A stretch of DNA of 64,000 bases, taken from NCBI GenBank assembly GCA_937988885.1, contig CALKHR010000034.1, positions 23,310-87,309 on the forward strand. Reading direction: 5' to 3'. Position 1 is the stretch's first letter. Each line of letters opens with the position of its first letter. The position numbers and the translations under genes were made by a program. The notes below the pieces were generated by a model. It saw only the letters and a program-made list of their open reading frames with translations. It was not told where the DNA came from and made no database searches. This document shows, in pieces, positions 39,238 through 49,900 of this stretch. The DNA comes from an uncultured Roseiflexaceae bacterium. GTDB lineage: Bacteria > Chloroflexota > Chloroflexia > Chloroflexales > Roseiflexaceae.

Positions 39238-39846
39238 TTAATCGCTGTATCGCTCCTCGCGCCACGGGTCGGCGTTGTTGTTGTAGCCGTAGCGCTCCCA
39301 GAATCCCAGTTGATCCTGGCTCATAAACTCGACGCCGCGCAGCCACTTCGCGCTCTTCCAGAAGTACTTCTTCGGTGTGAGCGAGCGCAGCGGGAAGCCG
39401 TGTTCGGGGGTAAGCTCCGCGCCCTCGTAGCGATACGCCAACAGCGCCTCATCCTCCATCAAAATATCCAACGGCACATTGGTGGTGTAGCCCTGCTCGC
39501 AGTGGAACATCACAAACTTCGCGCTTGGCTTCAGCGCCGGAATATGCTTGAGGAACTCCTTGAACTGCACGCCCTCCCAATGGGTATCGAGCTTGCTCCA
39601 ACGGGTGACGCAATGAATATCCGTGGTAATTTGAATAGTTGGTAACGCCCGAAACTCAGCGAAAGAAAACCTCGCGGGGGCCTCAATTTCACCCCACACG
39701 CGCAGATCCCAGGTCTGCTCTAGATTTTGATAATGGGGAATATCGCCATAATGTAATACAGGGAACTTTTCGGTCAAATGTTGGCCGGGCGGAATGCGAT
39801 CTTGCAGATCGCCAGAATGAGCCTGGCGGTTAAACGCTTTGAACAT
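39238..39846 (-). CDS. molybdopterin-dependent oxidoreductase, sulfite-oxidase family (YedY/MsrP-like catalytic domain)
   Basis: Moco-binding Cys motif HCVTRWS; 202 aa. Confidence 0.7.
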   Translation of the reverse strand: MFKAFNRQAHSGDLQDRIPPGQHLTEKFPVLHYGDIPHYQNLEQTWDLRVWGEIEAPARFSFAEFRALPTIQITTDIHCVTRWSKLDTHWEGVQFKEFLKHIPALKPSAKFVMFHCEQGYTTNVPLDILMEDEALLAYRYEGAELTPEHGFPLRSLTPKKYFWKSAKWLRGVEFMSQDQLGFWERYGYNNNADPWREERYSD

Positions 39847-40035
39847 AACGGTGTGCTCCTAGTGTTGTTGCGAGCTGTGAAGCTTCCCACGCAGTTCGGC
39901 TTGCCGTGGTCGAAACTTCCATCAGAGTATACGGACGATAGCACGTTTTGGATCTTTAGCAAGCTACGCTGTACAAGCAAAGAAAAAGCTGGACGCATTG
40001 TGCATCCAGCTTCGTCTCATATCCACTATACATCA

Positions 40036-40434
40036 TCAAATCGGGAGACCATCAATATTTGTTGGGGTGAATGTAGCTTTTCGCCGATACGGAGCATAGC
40101 TTGAAATCTCTCGTAACGTCTGCTGAAGCGCTTCGCGCTCGAACGGCTCGTTGTACGTTTGAGCGAGACGGAAGATCGATTCGCAATGCTCTGGGTGTGG
40201 CCGATAACGGTAGATCGGCTCGCCATTCCCGGTTGATGTGGAGGTGAGCAACCCATCCTCTGTCATTTCGCTCAGCGCTTGACGAGTGCTCCAAATATCC
40301 CGATAAATCCGCTCTGCAATCTGACTTGCAGTTCCCTCAAAACGAGGATTCTCGTAGTACACCAAGAGGAGTTGCAATTTGATAGGTGTGTCGATCGCTC
40401 GTTCGAGAAGGTTCCGAACTGATGGATCAATCAT
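40036..40434 (-). CDS. hypothetical protein (132 aa)
   Basis: ATG 40434 preceded by AAGGAG RBS (track ORF extends to 40599 without RBS); no family recognised. Confidence 0.4.
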   Translation of the reverse strand: MIDPSVRNLLERAIDTPIKLQLLLVYYENPRFEGTASQIAERIYRDIWSTRQALSEMTEDGLLTSTSTGNGEPIYRYRPHPEHCESIFRLAQTYNEPFEREALQQTLREISSYAPYRRKATFTPTNIDGLPI

Positions 40435-40671
40435 TGACCTGTCTCCTTTCGAGATCGTCGCTGACCTCTGCATGCATTTGTTGTTAAACCTGCACTCTGG
40501 TACGTCGAGACGGCTTCCTGCATGCGGGGAAGGAGCCAGAACACCAGGCCAGAGTCGCATTATGGATGAGAACAAGTGCGGTACGGATCGACTCGGCAAT
40601 AACTCTCCATATCAGAACATTATACTCTATTTAAACAAGAATTTCTAGATATGTTACGACGATTTTTACAT

Positions 40672-41943
40672 TTACGGGCCATTAGCTGTTGCATAGAGCA
40701 ACTCTAATGCACGAGCGAGCTGAACATCTTCACCTTGTAAAAGTGCATTACGGTCTAATTCGGCTGCCTGCGAGGGCGAGAGCGGCACCACATTGGGCGG
40801 TAGGTCGATCTGCTCGTTTGGTTGAATGCCCACGCCGAACACGACTTCGCCCTTCGGCGTGAGCCATTGGGTCGTGCCGATCCGCACCTGTGCGCCATCG
40901 TTCAGATCGTAGGTGCGCAGGACGGTTGCTGTGCCATACGTCGGCATGCCGATCACCGTTGCGCGTTCGGCCTCCTTCAACGCCCCCGCCAGAATCTCGG
41001 CGGAACTCGCGCTATTCTCGTTCACCAGCACCACCAACGGGATGGAGGTGGCAACCCCGCCATCCTCTGCTAGGTAGGGCTTGCGATTGCCCGAGCGATC
41101 CTGCTCCAGCAGGATGGTGGTGCCCTTGGGCAAGAACTGGCTTGCGACACCCACTAACTCCTGTACCAAGCCGCCCGGATTGTTGCGCAGATCAAGGATC
41201 ACGGCTCGTGCGCCCTGCGCTTGGGCTTCGGTGAGCGCTTGTTTCATCTCTTGCGATGAGCGCGAGGCGAATTGGCTGAGCTGAATCATCGCCACATTGT
41301 CGGGCAGCATGCGCCAACTGACGCTTGGTACATTGATCGAAGCGCGCACAATGCTGATATCAACGGGTGTTGGCTCACCCACATGCTGCACGGTGAGCAC
41401 CACTGTGGTGCCCTTCGGCCCGCGCACCTTGTTGCGCAGCTCATCGACCGAGATGCCACGTACGTTTTCGCCATCGACCTTCAGGATGAGGTCGCCAGCC
41501 CGAATGCCCGCCTGTTCTGCGGGAGATCCTTCGATCGGCTGGACGATCATCGGTTGTTCGTCGCGGACATCGATATACGCGCCGATGCCCTCGAAGCGCC
41601 CTTCGAGCGATTCGCGTTCGGCAGCCGCCACATCGGCGGGAAGGTAGCGCGTGTGTCCTTTATCACCAAGGCTATCGAGCATCCCCTCGATAGCGCCATT
41701 GATCATCGCATCGGGTTTAATAGCCGAAGGATCAACGAAGTGCCGATCCACCAAATCCCAGGTTTTCCAGAAGTTTTGAAAATCTGCGCAGATATCGGCA
41801 CTTTGGGTGCACGCATAGGTGGGGTCGAGCTCGCCTCGGATCAGGTAGCCGCCACCCACGCCCAGCACGAACAGGAAACCTGCCACGGGGAGCACAACCC
41901 ACATAGGGATCTGTAGTTGTAACCATTTTAGGAGTTGTGACAT
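40672..41943 (-). CDS. S41-family C-terminal processing peptidase (Ctp/Prc) with PDZ domain
   Basis: N-terminal TM, PDZ region (GIRAGDLILKVDG), S41 catalytic block (VVLVNENSASSAEILAGALKE). Confidence 0.9.
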   Translation of the reverse strand: MSQLLKWLQLQIPMWVVLPVAGFLFVLGVGGGYLIRGELDPTYACTQSADICADFQNFWKTWDLVDRHFVDPSAIKPDAMINGAIEGMLDSLGDKGHTRYLPADVAAAERESLEGRFEGIGAYIDVRDEQPMIVQPIEGSPAEQAGIRAGDLILKVDGENVRGISVDELRNKVRGPKGTTVVLTVQHVGEPTPVDISIVRASINVPSVSWRMLPDNVAMIQLSQFASRSSQEMKQALTEAQAQGARAVILDLRNNPGGLVQELVGVASQFLPKGTTILLEQDRSGNRKPYLAEDGGVATSIPLVVLVNENSASSAEILAGALKEAERATVIGMPTYGTATVLRTYDLNDGAQVRIGTTQWLTPKGEVVFGVGIQPNEQIDLPPNVVPLSPSQAAELDRNALLQGEDVQLARALELLYATANGP

Positions 41944-42144
41944 TGCTCTTTATCGGGAGATTCCCGCTCCTTTGCTGTGTTATTCGGGTTCAGTATACCA
42001 TCCTGCCCAATCTGCTAGGATAAGAAGTCGATGAGCGCTGCCTAACGAGATCATCTCAATTCTGCAGATGGCGGCGATGTGGCAAAAGCAAAGTTGCCCT
42101 TTGGTACGCGAAAGGGCAACTTCTCAAGAGTTGTACCAACTGAA

Positions 42145-43084
42145 TTACTCGCCGAAGCGCGCCTGTTCGATGTCGCGCAGGCCGCGCCGCCAATCGATGG
42201 CGGAGAGTTGGCGCTTGCCGGCTGGCTGGACCAGGAGCAGTTCCAGGGTGCCATCGCCTGTGGCGACCCACACGCTGTCGGGGTGGGGCAGCAACTGCCC
42301 AGGGGTCGCGTCGATCGGACCGGTGTCGTGCGCCCGGGCGGCAATGATTTTGAACGGTTGACCCCGCCATAAGGTAGTCGCTGCGGGCCATGGGTCGTAG
42401 GCGCGCGTCATACGCTCGATGTGCACCGCCGACTGATTCCAATCGATGATGCCGTCGCTCTTTTTGAGCAGTGAGGTGTAGGTGGCCTGACTATCGTCCT
42501 GCGGGATCGGCTGGAGCTGCCCTGCCGCGTAGGCTGCGAGCGCCTCAAGCAGCATCGCCGCGCCAAGTTCGAACAGTTGCGTGGTCAGCACGCCCGCCCG
42601 CGCATCCGCCGAGAGCGTGACGCGCCGCTGCGCCAACAGTGGGCCTGCGTCCATCTTGCTGTTGAGCAGCATCACGCTGACGCCGCTCTCCGTATCGCCC
42701 GCCAAGATGGCGCCGTTCACCGGCGTTGGCCCACGGTGGCGGGGCAGCAGCGACGGATGAATGTTCAGGTAGCCCAAACGCGGGATCTCCAACACTTGCT
42801 TGCGCAGGATCTCGCCATAGGCCGCCACCACGCCGACATCGGGTTGTAGGGCCGCCACCTGCGCGATCGCTTCGGGATCGCGGAGCGTTTCGGGTTGCAG
42901 GACGGGGATGCCCAACCGCAGCGCTGCCTGCTTGACGGGTGGTGGCTCGGCGGTGCGCCCACGCCCCACCGGACGATCCGGCTGTGTGATCACGCCAACC
43001 ACCTCATAGCGCTTATCCTTCGCGAGCGCCTCCAGCGGGATGGTTGCGAACTCGGGGGTACCGAGGTACAAAACTCGTAACATC
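42145..43084 (-). CDS. fmt: methionyl-tRNA formyltransferase
   Basis: Fmt N-terminal formyl-transferase motifs (LNIHPSLLPRHRGPTPV, SLLP) and C-terminal domain; start ATG 43084 with GAGGAAA RBS. Confidence 0.9.
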
Positions 43085-43490
43085 TGCAATTTCCTCGTTT
43101 AATACCATGAGACCATGGTACCGTTCGTTCGAAAACAAGCTCAATAATTCGACAAGACCGTTGTATCAGCACTGGCAAACGGTGCTCCGCAGCCAAACCT
43201 ATTGCACGCGATGCGCGCCCTGTAGTATAATGCAACAACGGAGTGAATTATAGTGCATTATATTGCGCCATTTGCCCAATTACCAGTATAACGTTTTGTT
43301 ATCTCGAGATCCCCATATCGCGATGCGATATGGAGGGGCGCAAAGATTGGCCTTCACTACTCATTCAATAGCCACGTTCTGAGTTCACTCGGAAGCATTG
43401 CCCGACTCGTGCGGTAATTGCAGCTCCTAACTCGGCTGAATGCGCCAGTTGTAACCGCTTCTTTATCCTCCCTTTCGTAGCGAGATAATC

Positions 43491-44444
43491 ATGTACGCAC
43501 TCCTCTTTGATGATCAACTTCAGCTGGTAGATAATTATCCCGCGCCCACCCTTTTGCCCGGTGAGGCGATTATTAAGCCGCATTTAGTGGGCATTTGCAA
43601 TACCGATATCGAGATCACTCGTGGTTATAAAGGCTTTCGTGGTGTGCTTGGGCACGAATTTGTTGGCACCGTTGTAGCATGCACCGATCATTCGTGGATC
43701 GGGCAGCGCGTGGTCGGTGAGATCAACGCGGCCTGCGGCAATTGCCCCACCTGCCACTTGGGTGTGCCCAGCCACTGCCCGAATCGCACGACATTAGGCA
43801 TCTTCAAGCGCGATGGCGCGATGGCCGAGCGTTTCTCTCTGCCGATCGCCTGCTTGCATCGCGTTCCCGATACGCTCTCCGATGAGAAGGCGGTGTTTGT
43901 CGAGCCACTCGCCGCCGCTCTCGAGATCCTCGAACTCTCTCACGTTCGCCCGACCGATCGGGTGGCCGTGGTTGGTGATGGCAAGTTGGGCCTTCTCTGC
44001 GCACAAGTGCTGCGCCTGCCCGGCTGCTCCGTCACCGTGATCGGGCGGCATCCCGAGCGTTGCGCCTTCCTTCGCGATCAGGGAATCGAAATTCTCCACG
44101 TTAATGATGTTCAGCCCGATCGATTCGTGGCATATAACTTGGTTGTCGAGTGTACTGGCCAGGCATCCGGTTTGGCGATCGCTCGGCAAATCACGCAACC
44201 CCGAGGGCGTTTGGTGCTCAAAAGTACGTTCTCAGGCCAGACAACGCTCGATCTCAGTTCCTACGCAGTCGATGAGATCCAACTGCTTGGTTCGCGTTGT
44301 GGGCCGTTCGCTCCCGCCCTACGCCTGCTCGACGCAGGCTTGATCGCCACAGACCCCATGCTAGAAGGCCGTTTTCCGCTTCGTGAAGGTCTTGAAGCCT
44401 TCGCTGCCACTGCAGGGAGGTTAAAGATCGTACTGGAGGTCTAG
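43491..44444 (+). CDS. Zn-dependent alcohol dehydrogenase-family (MDR) oxidoreductase, threonine/sorbitol DH-like
   Basis: GHEFVGTV catalytic-zinc motif, CGNCPTCHLGVPSHC structural zinc, GDGKLG Rossmann. Confidence 0.85.
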   Translation: MYALLFDDQLQLVDNYPAPTLLPGEAIIKPHLVGICNTDIEITRGYKGFRGVLGHEFVGTVVACTDHSWIGQRVVGEINAACGNCPTCHLGVPSHCPNRTTLGIFKRDGAMAERFSLPIACLHRVPDTLSDEKAVFVEPLAAALEILELSHVRPTDRVAVVGDGKLGLLCAQVLRLPGCSVTVIGRHPERCAFLRDQGIEILHVNDVQPDRFVAYNLVVECTGQASGLAIARQITQPRGRLVLKSTFSGQTTLDLSSYAVDEIQLLGSRCGPFAPALRLLDAGLIATDPMLEGRFPLREGLEAFAATAGRLKIVLEV

Positions 44445-45599
44445 ATGCATGACAGGATCAAAAGCACTGCTAACGAGGCTGTCCTAGGTCTGTTGTTTGT
44501 ATCGCTCCTTGTGATCTACCAGGTCGTTCCGCAATCGAACCTGGTCATGTTCTTGAGTGTGGTTATTCTGGCGATCAGTTTGTTTATCGCTGTGAGCAGC
44601 GATTGGAGTGAACTGAACGTGCTGGCGGTGTTTGCTGGGATCATCTCGGTGGTGGCCGCCTTCTTCTTGGGGCGCACGCTGCGCTTCGGGAACTTCTCCG
44701 GCGTGGTCGTAGCGGTGTTATGGGGCGCGGCGCTCTACATGCTGAGCCAGCGGATTGTACGGGGTATTCGTGTGGTCTCGTCCGAGCCCGATGCCCCTGC
44801 GATTCTGATCGGCACAGGCGCGGATCGCCGTCCGTATATCGCCGAGCCGCCGCTTGTGATTCCTTGGTTCCAGCCGGTGGTGGCGCTCATCCCCCGCGAT
44901 GTGCTGATCGACGAGGTGGAAGTCACCAATATCAATACGAAAAAGGGCCATAACATCGAGAAGGTTGTGGTGCATGTGCGCTACCAGATCATCGATCCGG
45001 TGACGGCGTATCTGCAAACGCCACAGGTCACGCTCGATAGTGCGGCGAAGTCGTACAATAGGCCGCTTGAGGAAGCGAAACTCGATGTCTCCTTTTGGGA
45101 GCATTTGTTTGAGAAATACCTGTTGCGCGTCGATGTGGATAAGGCGGTGCGTGAGGTGGTGTTTGAGCGTCCCGGTGGAGCCAATACACATTACGAGGAG
45201 CGGAAGGAACTCGCTGAAACCATCAGTGGTCGTCTGAATGATCTGCTCGCCGAATGGGGCGCCACCGTTGTTGATGTTGAGTTGAATTACTTCGAGGTTA
45301 ATGCTGAACGCTTCCGCAATCCTGCCGAGCGGCGCAAAATAGAAGTGATCGAGGCAGAGCATCAGGCAACGATAGAGGCGATGCGCATACGCCAAGTGCT
45401 GAACTCCGAGGTGAATGCTGAGGCCGAGCGCGTGAAGGCGATCGTGCGTGCCTTGCGTGAATCGAATGTTGAGATCACACCTGAAGTGGTGATTCGAGCT
45501 ATTCGTGCAGCGTCCGATTGGGTTATGGAGAGCGATTATACCTTGTTGCAGCCTCCAGGAGGGTCTGCGAAGGTGGTGGCTTCTCATGAAAAGAAATAA
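44445..45599 (+). CDS. SPFH/Band-7 (stomatin/prohibitin-like) domain membrane protein
   Basis: N-terminal TM helices followed by SPFH-like domain and coiled-coil C-terminus. Confidence 0.6.
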   Translation: MHDRIKSTANEAVLGLLFVSLLVIYQVVPQSNLVMFLSVVILAISLFIAVSSDWSELNVLAVFAGIISVVAAFFLGRTLRFGNFSGVVVAVLWGAALYMLSQRIVRGIRVVSSEPDAPAILIGTGADRRPYIAEPPLVIPWFQPVVALIPRDVLIDEVEVTNINTKKGHNIEKVVVHVRYQIIDPVTAYLQTPQVTLDSAAKSYNRPLEEAKLDVSFWEHLFEKYLLRVDVDKAVREVVFERPGGANTHYEERKELAETISGRLNDLLAEWGATVVDVELNYFEVNAERFRNPAERRKIEVIEAEHQATIEAMRIRQVLNSEVNAEAERVKAIVRALRESNVEITPEVVIRAIRAASDWVMESDYTLLQPPGGSAKVVASHEKK

Positions 45600-45632
45600 C
45601 AGTCTGTGCAAACAGAACGAAACTCCAATGGT

Positions 45633-46958
45633 ATGATAAAGCGTATCCTGATTGCCGATGATGAACCTGCGGTGCGCCAACTCCTTGAAGTTGTGCTTGT
45701 GAGTCAAGGCTACGAAGTGTTGCAGGCACACAATGGAGATCAGTTAGTACGAATGGCTCAGGAGCGGGTTCCTGATTTGGTCTTGGTCGATTTGATGATG
45801 CCCTATCTAGATGGCTACGAAGCTATTCGGCAGTTGCGCAACGATACTCGTACTGCGCACCTGCCGATGATCATTTTGACCGCCAAGTCGGCCCCCGATG
45901 ATCTCGTCACGGGCTTTGAGACAGGCGCGGATGATTATGTGACGAAGCCATTTAATATCCCCGAGTTGTTGGCGCGGATCAAAAGCCATCTGCGCCGCGC
46001 CTCTCAGCGCCCTGTGCGCAACCCGCTCACCGATCTGCCCGGGAATGTATTGATTACAGAAGAAATCAAATATCGGCTCAAGCAACCCGAGCCGTTTGTT
46101 TTCATGTATATTGACCTCGATAATTTTAAAGCGTTCAATGATACGTATGGTCCCGCTCGTGGCGATCGGGTGATTCGCCTGCTCGCCGATATTCTTACCG
46201 AGAAAGTTCGTGGGCAGGGCGGCAGCACCGATTTTATTGGCCATATCGGCGGCGATGATTTTGTGGTGATCACCAGCCCTGCCAATGCCGAACAGATCAG
46301 CAAACTCATTATCGAGGCGTTTGATGAACGTGTGCGGCTGTTGTACGATGCAAGCGATCTCGAACGGGGGTATCTTCCGGGCACCGACCGCCAGGGGATG
46401 ACCCGCCAGTTCCCGATCATGACCTTGTCGATTGGAGCTGTCTCGAATGCACAGCGCACCTTCACCGATCACGAGGAGATGGTGCGCGTCGCTGCCGAGA
46501 TGAAACAGTTCGCCAAGCAGCAAGCGAACAGCTACTATGCGCTCGATGCCCGCGATGGGCAGACGGTCGCGATACCAACCGAGCGACGCGGCAGCGCCCT
46601 ACCCACGATCTTGCTGCTGAGCGGTGATGCTCAATTGCGTGCGATGTTGTACACTGCGCTCCAATCGGGGCTGTACCGTGTGCTCGAAGCATCCGATGTG
46701 CTCGCGGCAAACGCTCTGCTAGTTCAAGAGCCTCAGCCCGCGATGATTATTGGGGATGCGCGCCTCGGTGAGCCGCTGTGGGATATGTTCGATTCGCTGC
46801 GCAGCACTTCGCCGCATATACCGTTGTTGTTGTTTACCACACGCGTCGAAGATGAACAAGTCGCTTTGAGCCATGGCGTAAACGCCATCATTCGCCAGCC
46901 GTTCCAAATTCAACAAGTTCTTGATGCTGTTTCTCAGCTCGTCCGGCCTGGAGAGTAG
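45633..46958 (+). CDS. response regulator: receiver domain plus GGDEF-family domain with non-canonical GGDDF motif plus degenerate C-terminal receiver-like domain
   Basis: REC motifs (LIADDEP, DLVLVDLMMP, ILTAK), GGDEF-domain blocks (YIDLDNFKAFNDTYG, RLLAD, GHIGGDDFVVI); start ATG 45633. Confidence 0.75.
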   Translation: MIKRILIADDEPAVRQLLEVVLVSQGYEVLQAHNGDQLVRMAQERVPDLVLVDLMMPYLDGYEAIRQLRNDTRTAHLPMIILTAKSAPDDLVTGFETGADDYVTKPFNIPELLARIKSHLRRASQRPVRNPLTDLPGNVLITEEIKYRLKQPEPFVFMYIDLDNFKAFNDTYGPARGDRVIRLLADILTEKVRGQGGSTDFIGHIGGDDFVVITSPANAEQISKLIIEAFDERVRLLYDASDLERGYLPGTDRQGMTRQFPIMTLSIGAVSNAQRTFTDHEEMVRVAAEMKQFAKQQANSYYALDARDGQTVAIPTERRGSALPTILLLSGDAQLRAMLYTALQSGLYRVLEASDVLAANALLVQEPQPAMIIGDARLGEPLWDMFDSLRSTSPHIPLLLFTTRVEDEQVALSHGVNAIIRQPFQIQQVLDAVSQLVRPGE

Positions 46959-46959
46959 T

Positions 46960-49900
46960 ATGCCGAATGCGTATGTTGTGGTGTTGGTTGTTCTGCTTCT
47001 TGGCCTTGCCATTGCCTTCCTCTTGCCCTCTAGCCGTAGTGTGCTGATTGGGCAGTATCATCGTCTGCGTGCTCGGATGGCGCCGAAGCCCGCACCTCAG
47101 GACGAGAGCCAAACGGCGTTGATCGACGAGAACGGAGATGTCGTTCCGCTTGATCCGCCTGAAGATGCCCCTACCGCTCACACGGGTGAGACGCTGCGTG
47201 TACGACGGCAGCGCGAGTGGTCGATACAGGATAATCGCCGTACAATCGTGTCGGTTGTGGTGATTCTGATCGGTCTGCTGGCCTTGTGGCAGTTGCCCAA
47301 TCTGTTGCCCAACCGCATGAACCGCTTCATTGTGCTGGTTGCCCCTTTCAACGATGCTGATAATCAGGTGAGCGCCACTGGCTCGGCGATGGCCGATCAG
47401 TTGGTGAAGTTGTTGAACGATTCGCGACGAGGCGTTCAGGCGGTGCGCGCCGAATCTCGCCCCACCGATCTGGCGCAAGCGATGGAGATGCTGGAGAACT
47501 CCGGAGCCGATGTGCTGGTATGGGGCACGGTCAGTTCCGGCGCGATGCTCAACCAGGATTCGCTGATCCCTGCGCTGTTGTATCGGCCAAATGGCACGTA
47601 TGCCCCGTACGCCTGGGATGGCTACACTGGCCGCTTCGCGATGCCGCAGTTCTTCGCGATCGCCGATGCTCCGATCAATGGCGAGGATGTGTTAGCGCGT
47701 TTGCTGTATGCGCTCGGTGATTACGGGGCGGGCCGCTCCGAACAGGCCTTTACAGCGCTGGGTGATCTGGTCGAGTCGAATCCCGCGCTGATCGCTACGC
47801 TGCCTTCCGCGTTGCGTGGCAACCTGCTGTGGGCGCGCGGCGAGTATGATCGGGCGGCTGGCGAGTATCGCCGTGCGATCAACGATGTTGCGCGCTTCGA
47901 TGCGCAGCTTGGCGACCCACGGGCGGAGCTCAACAACAACCTCGGCGCGATCCTGTACGATGCTCACGCGCCGGAGGCATCGGCGGTGTTGCTGCAGACG
48001 GTCGGCATGCTAGAGGCGCGCGATTCCGCGAATCGCGATCTTGGGGCGCTGCGCTACAACCTCGGCTTGGAGTATCTGCGCAGTGGCCGTGTCGAGGAGG
48101 CGGTGCAGTCACTCGAGATCGCCCGCAACCTGTTGCCTCGGCAGGTCGATCTTGAACTGGCGCTCAGTGAGGCGTATCGGCGGATGCACAACGTCGATGA
48201 TGCGCTCGCTCGTGCGCGAACGGCCCTCAACTCTGCATCGCAGCAGGTCGAGTACGAAGCGCAACTGGCTCCTTCGAATTTGAATCGTTTGGTCGAGCAG
48301 CGCTTGCAGGCGAATGTGAGCCAACAGCAGGCGCTGGTGCGTTTGACCGAGTTGCTGAACACGCACGAAAATCTGTTGTGGGAACTGCAGGGCAGCGATG
48401 TCTACGATGCGGCTGCGCTTGAGGAGATCCGCGATGAATTCGCGAAGGCTGTTGAGCAGACGAGTGTGTTGGCGCAATCGTGGAATCGTCGCTCGGCCAG
48501 CGAAGAATCTGCCAATCAGACCTTTGATAGCCTGTTGGCGCTGCATCAGTTCCAGCGGGCCAGCCAGTTGTTGAGCGAGCGCTCGTTGGGGTTGTCGGCG
48601 CTGGAGATCGAGTTGGCGCGGATGCGCGGCGTCGAGCCGCCAACGGGTATCGGCGTGATCTGGAATCGCATGTTCGGCAGCCGCACGGCGCTGGCCCAAA
48701 TGCAGAACGAGTTGAAGCGCCGCGTTGATCTGCAGCCCAACGATATTGATGCGGCGATGCTCTATGGCGAATCGCTGATGCTGACGGCGGGTCCGTCGGC
48801 GGCGGCGAAGATCTTCGACCAGGCGGCTGCGGTTGCTCCAGTGCGCGCCGAGCCGGTGTTCGGGCAGGCGTTGGTCGCCGATGCGCAGGGTGAACTGCCC
48901 CGTGCGGTTGAGTTGCTACGCACATCGATCTCGCTTAATAGCGATTATTTTCCGGCTCGTCAGCGCTTGGCCGAGTTGGCCGAGCGTCTGGAGGATTGGC
49001 CGCTAGCCGTGGAGCAACGGCGTTGGCTGGCGGATCATCGGCCAAGCACGGCTGCCACGCTGGCGCTCGCCGAGGCGCTGCACAACAACGGCAATTCGAC
49101 CTACGCCGATGCCGAGCAAGAGTTACTGGAGGTGATCAACGATCCCTCGTTGACGGAGAGCCAACGGGTGCCCGCGTTGACCGCGTTGGGTCGCTTGTAC
49201 TACACGATCGGCAATATCGATAGCGCCCACGAGATTTTGACGCGTGCCCAGAACGCTGCGCCCGAGAATCCTAATGTGGCGTACGAGTTGGGGCGCGTGT
49301 TGGTGGCGCGCGGCCAAAGCTCCGCCGCTGCCGAGCAGTTTCGCCTCGCAATCGAGAAGGACCCGCAGCCTGTACGGGCCTATTTAGAGCTTGCGAATTT
49401 CTACAAAGAGCAGGCCAATAACGCGTTGCTCGAAGGAACGGATACGGCTGCTTCGACCTCGACGGCGACGCAGCAGCGCCAGCAACGCCTTCAACGCTAC
49501 ATCGAGAATATCAACGCGGCGACCAATCAGTATCGGGCGGCGTACCGTGTCGGCGCGAGCGATGCGACGAGCCTGCGACAGATCGGCGAGCACCTGATGG
49601 CCGTGGGCGATTACGAAGGTGCCGCGCAGGCGTATATGCGCTTGACGGAGCGCAACACCGAGGATCGGGCTGGCTATGAGCGTTTGGCCCAGGCGTACAT
49701 CCCGTTGGCGCGCTACGAGCAGGCCCAAGCGGCGGCCCGTCGCGCGATCGATCTCGGCAACGGCTATAATCCCACCGCGATTGTGACGTTGGGCGATATC
49801 GCGCGGCTGCGCAATCAGCCGGAGCAAGCCACGCAGCAGTACAACGCGGCGTTGGAGCAGAATCCTGATCAGGGCAGCGCGTATATCGGCCTGGGGCGCT

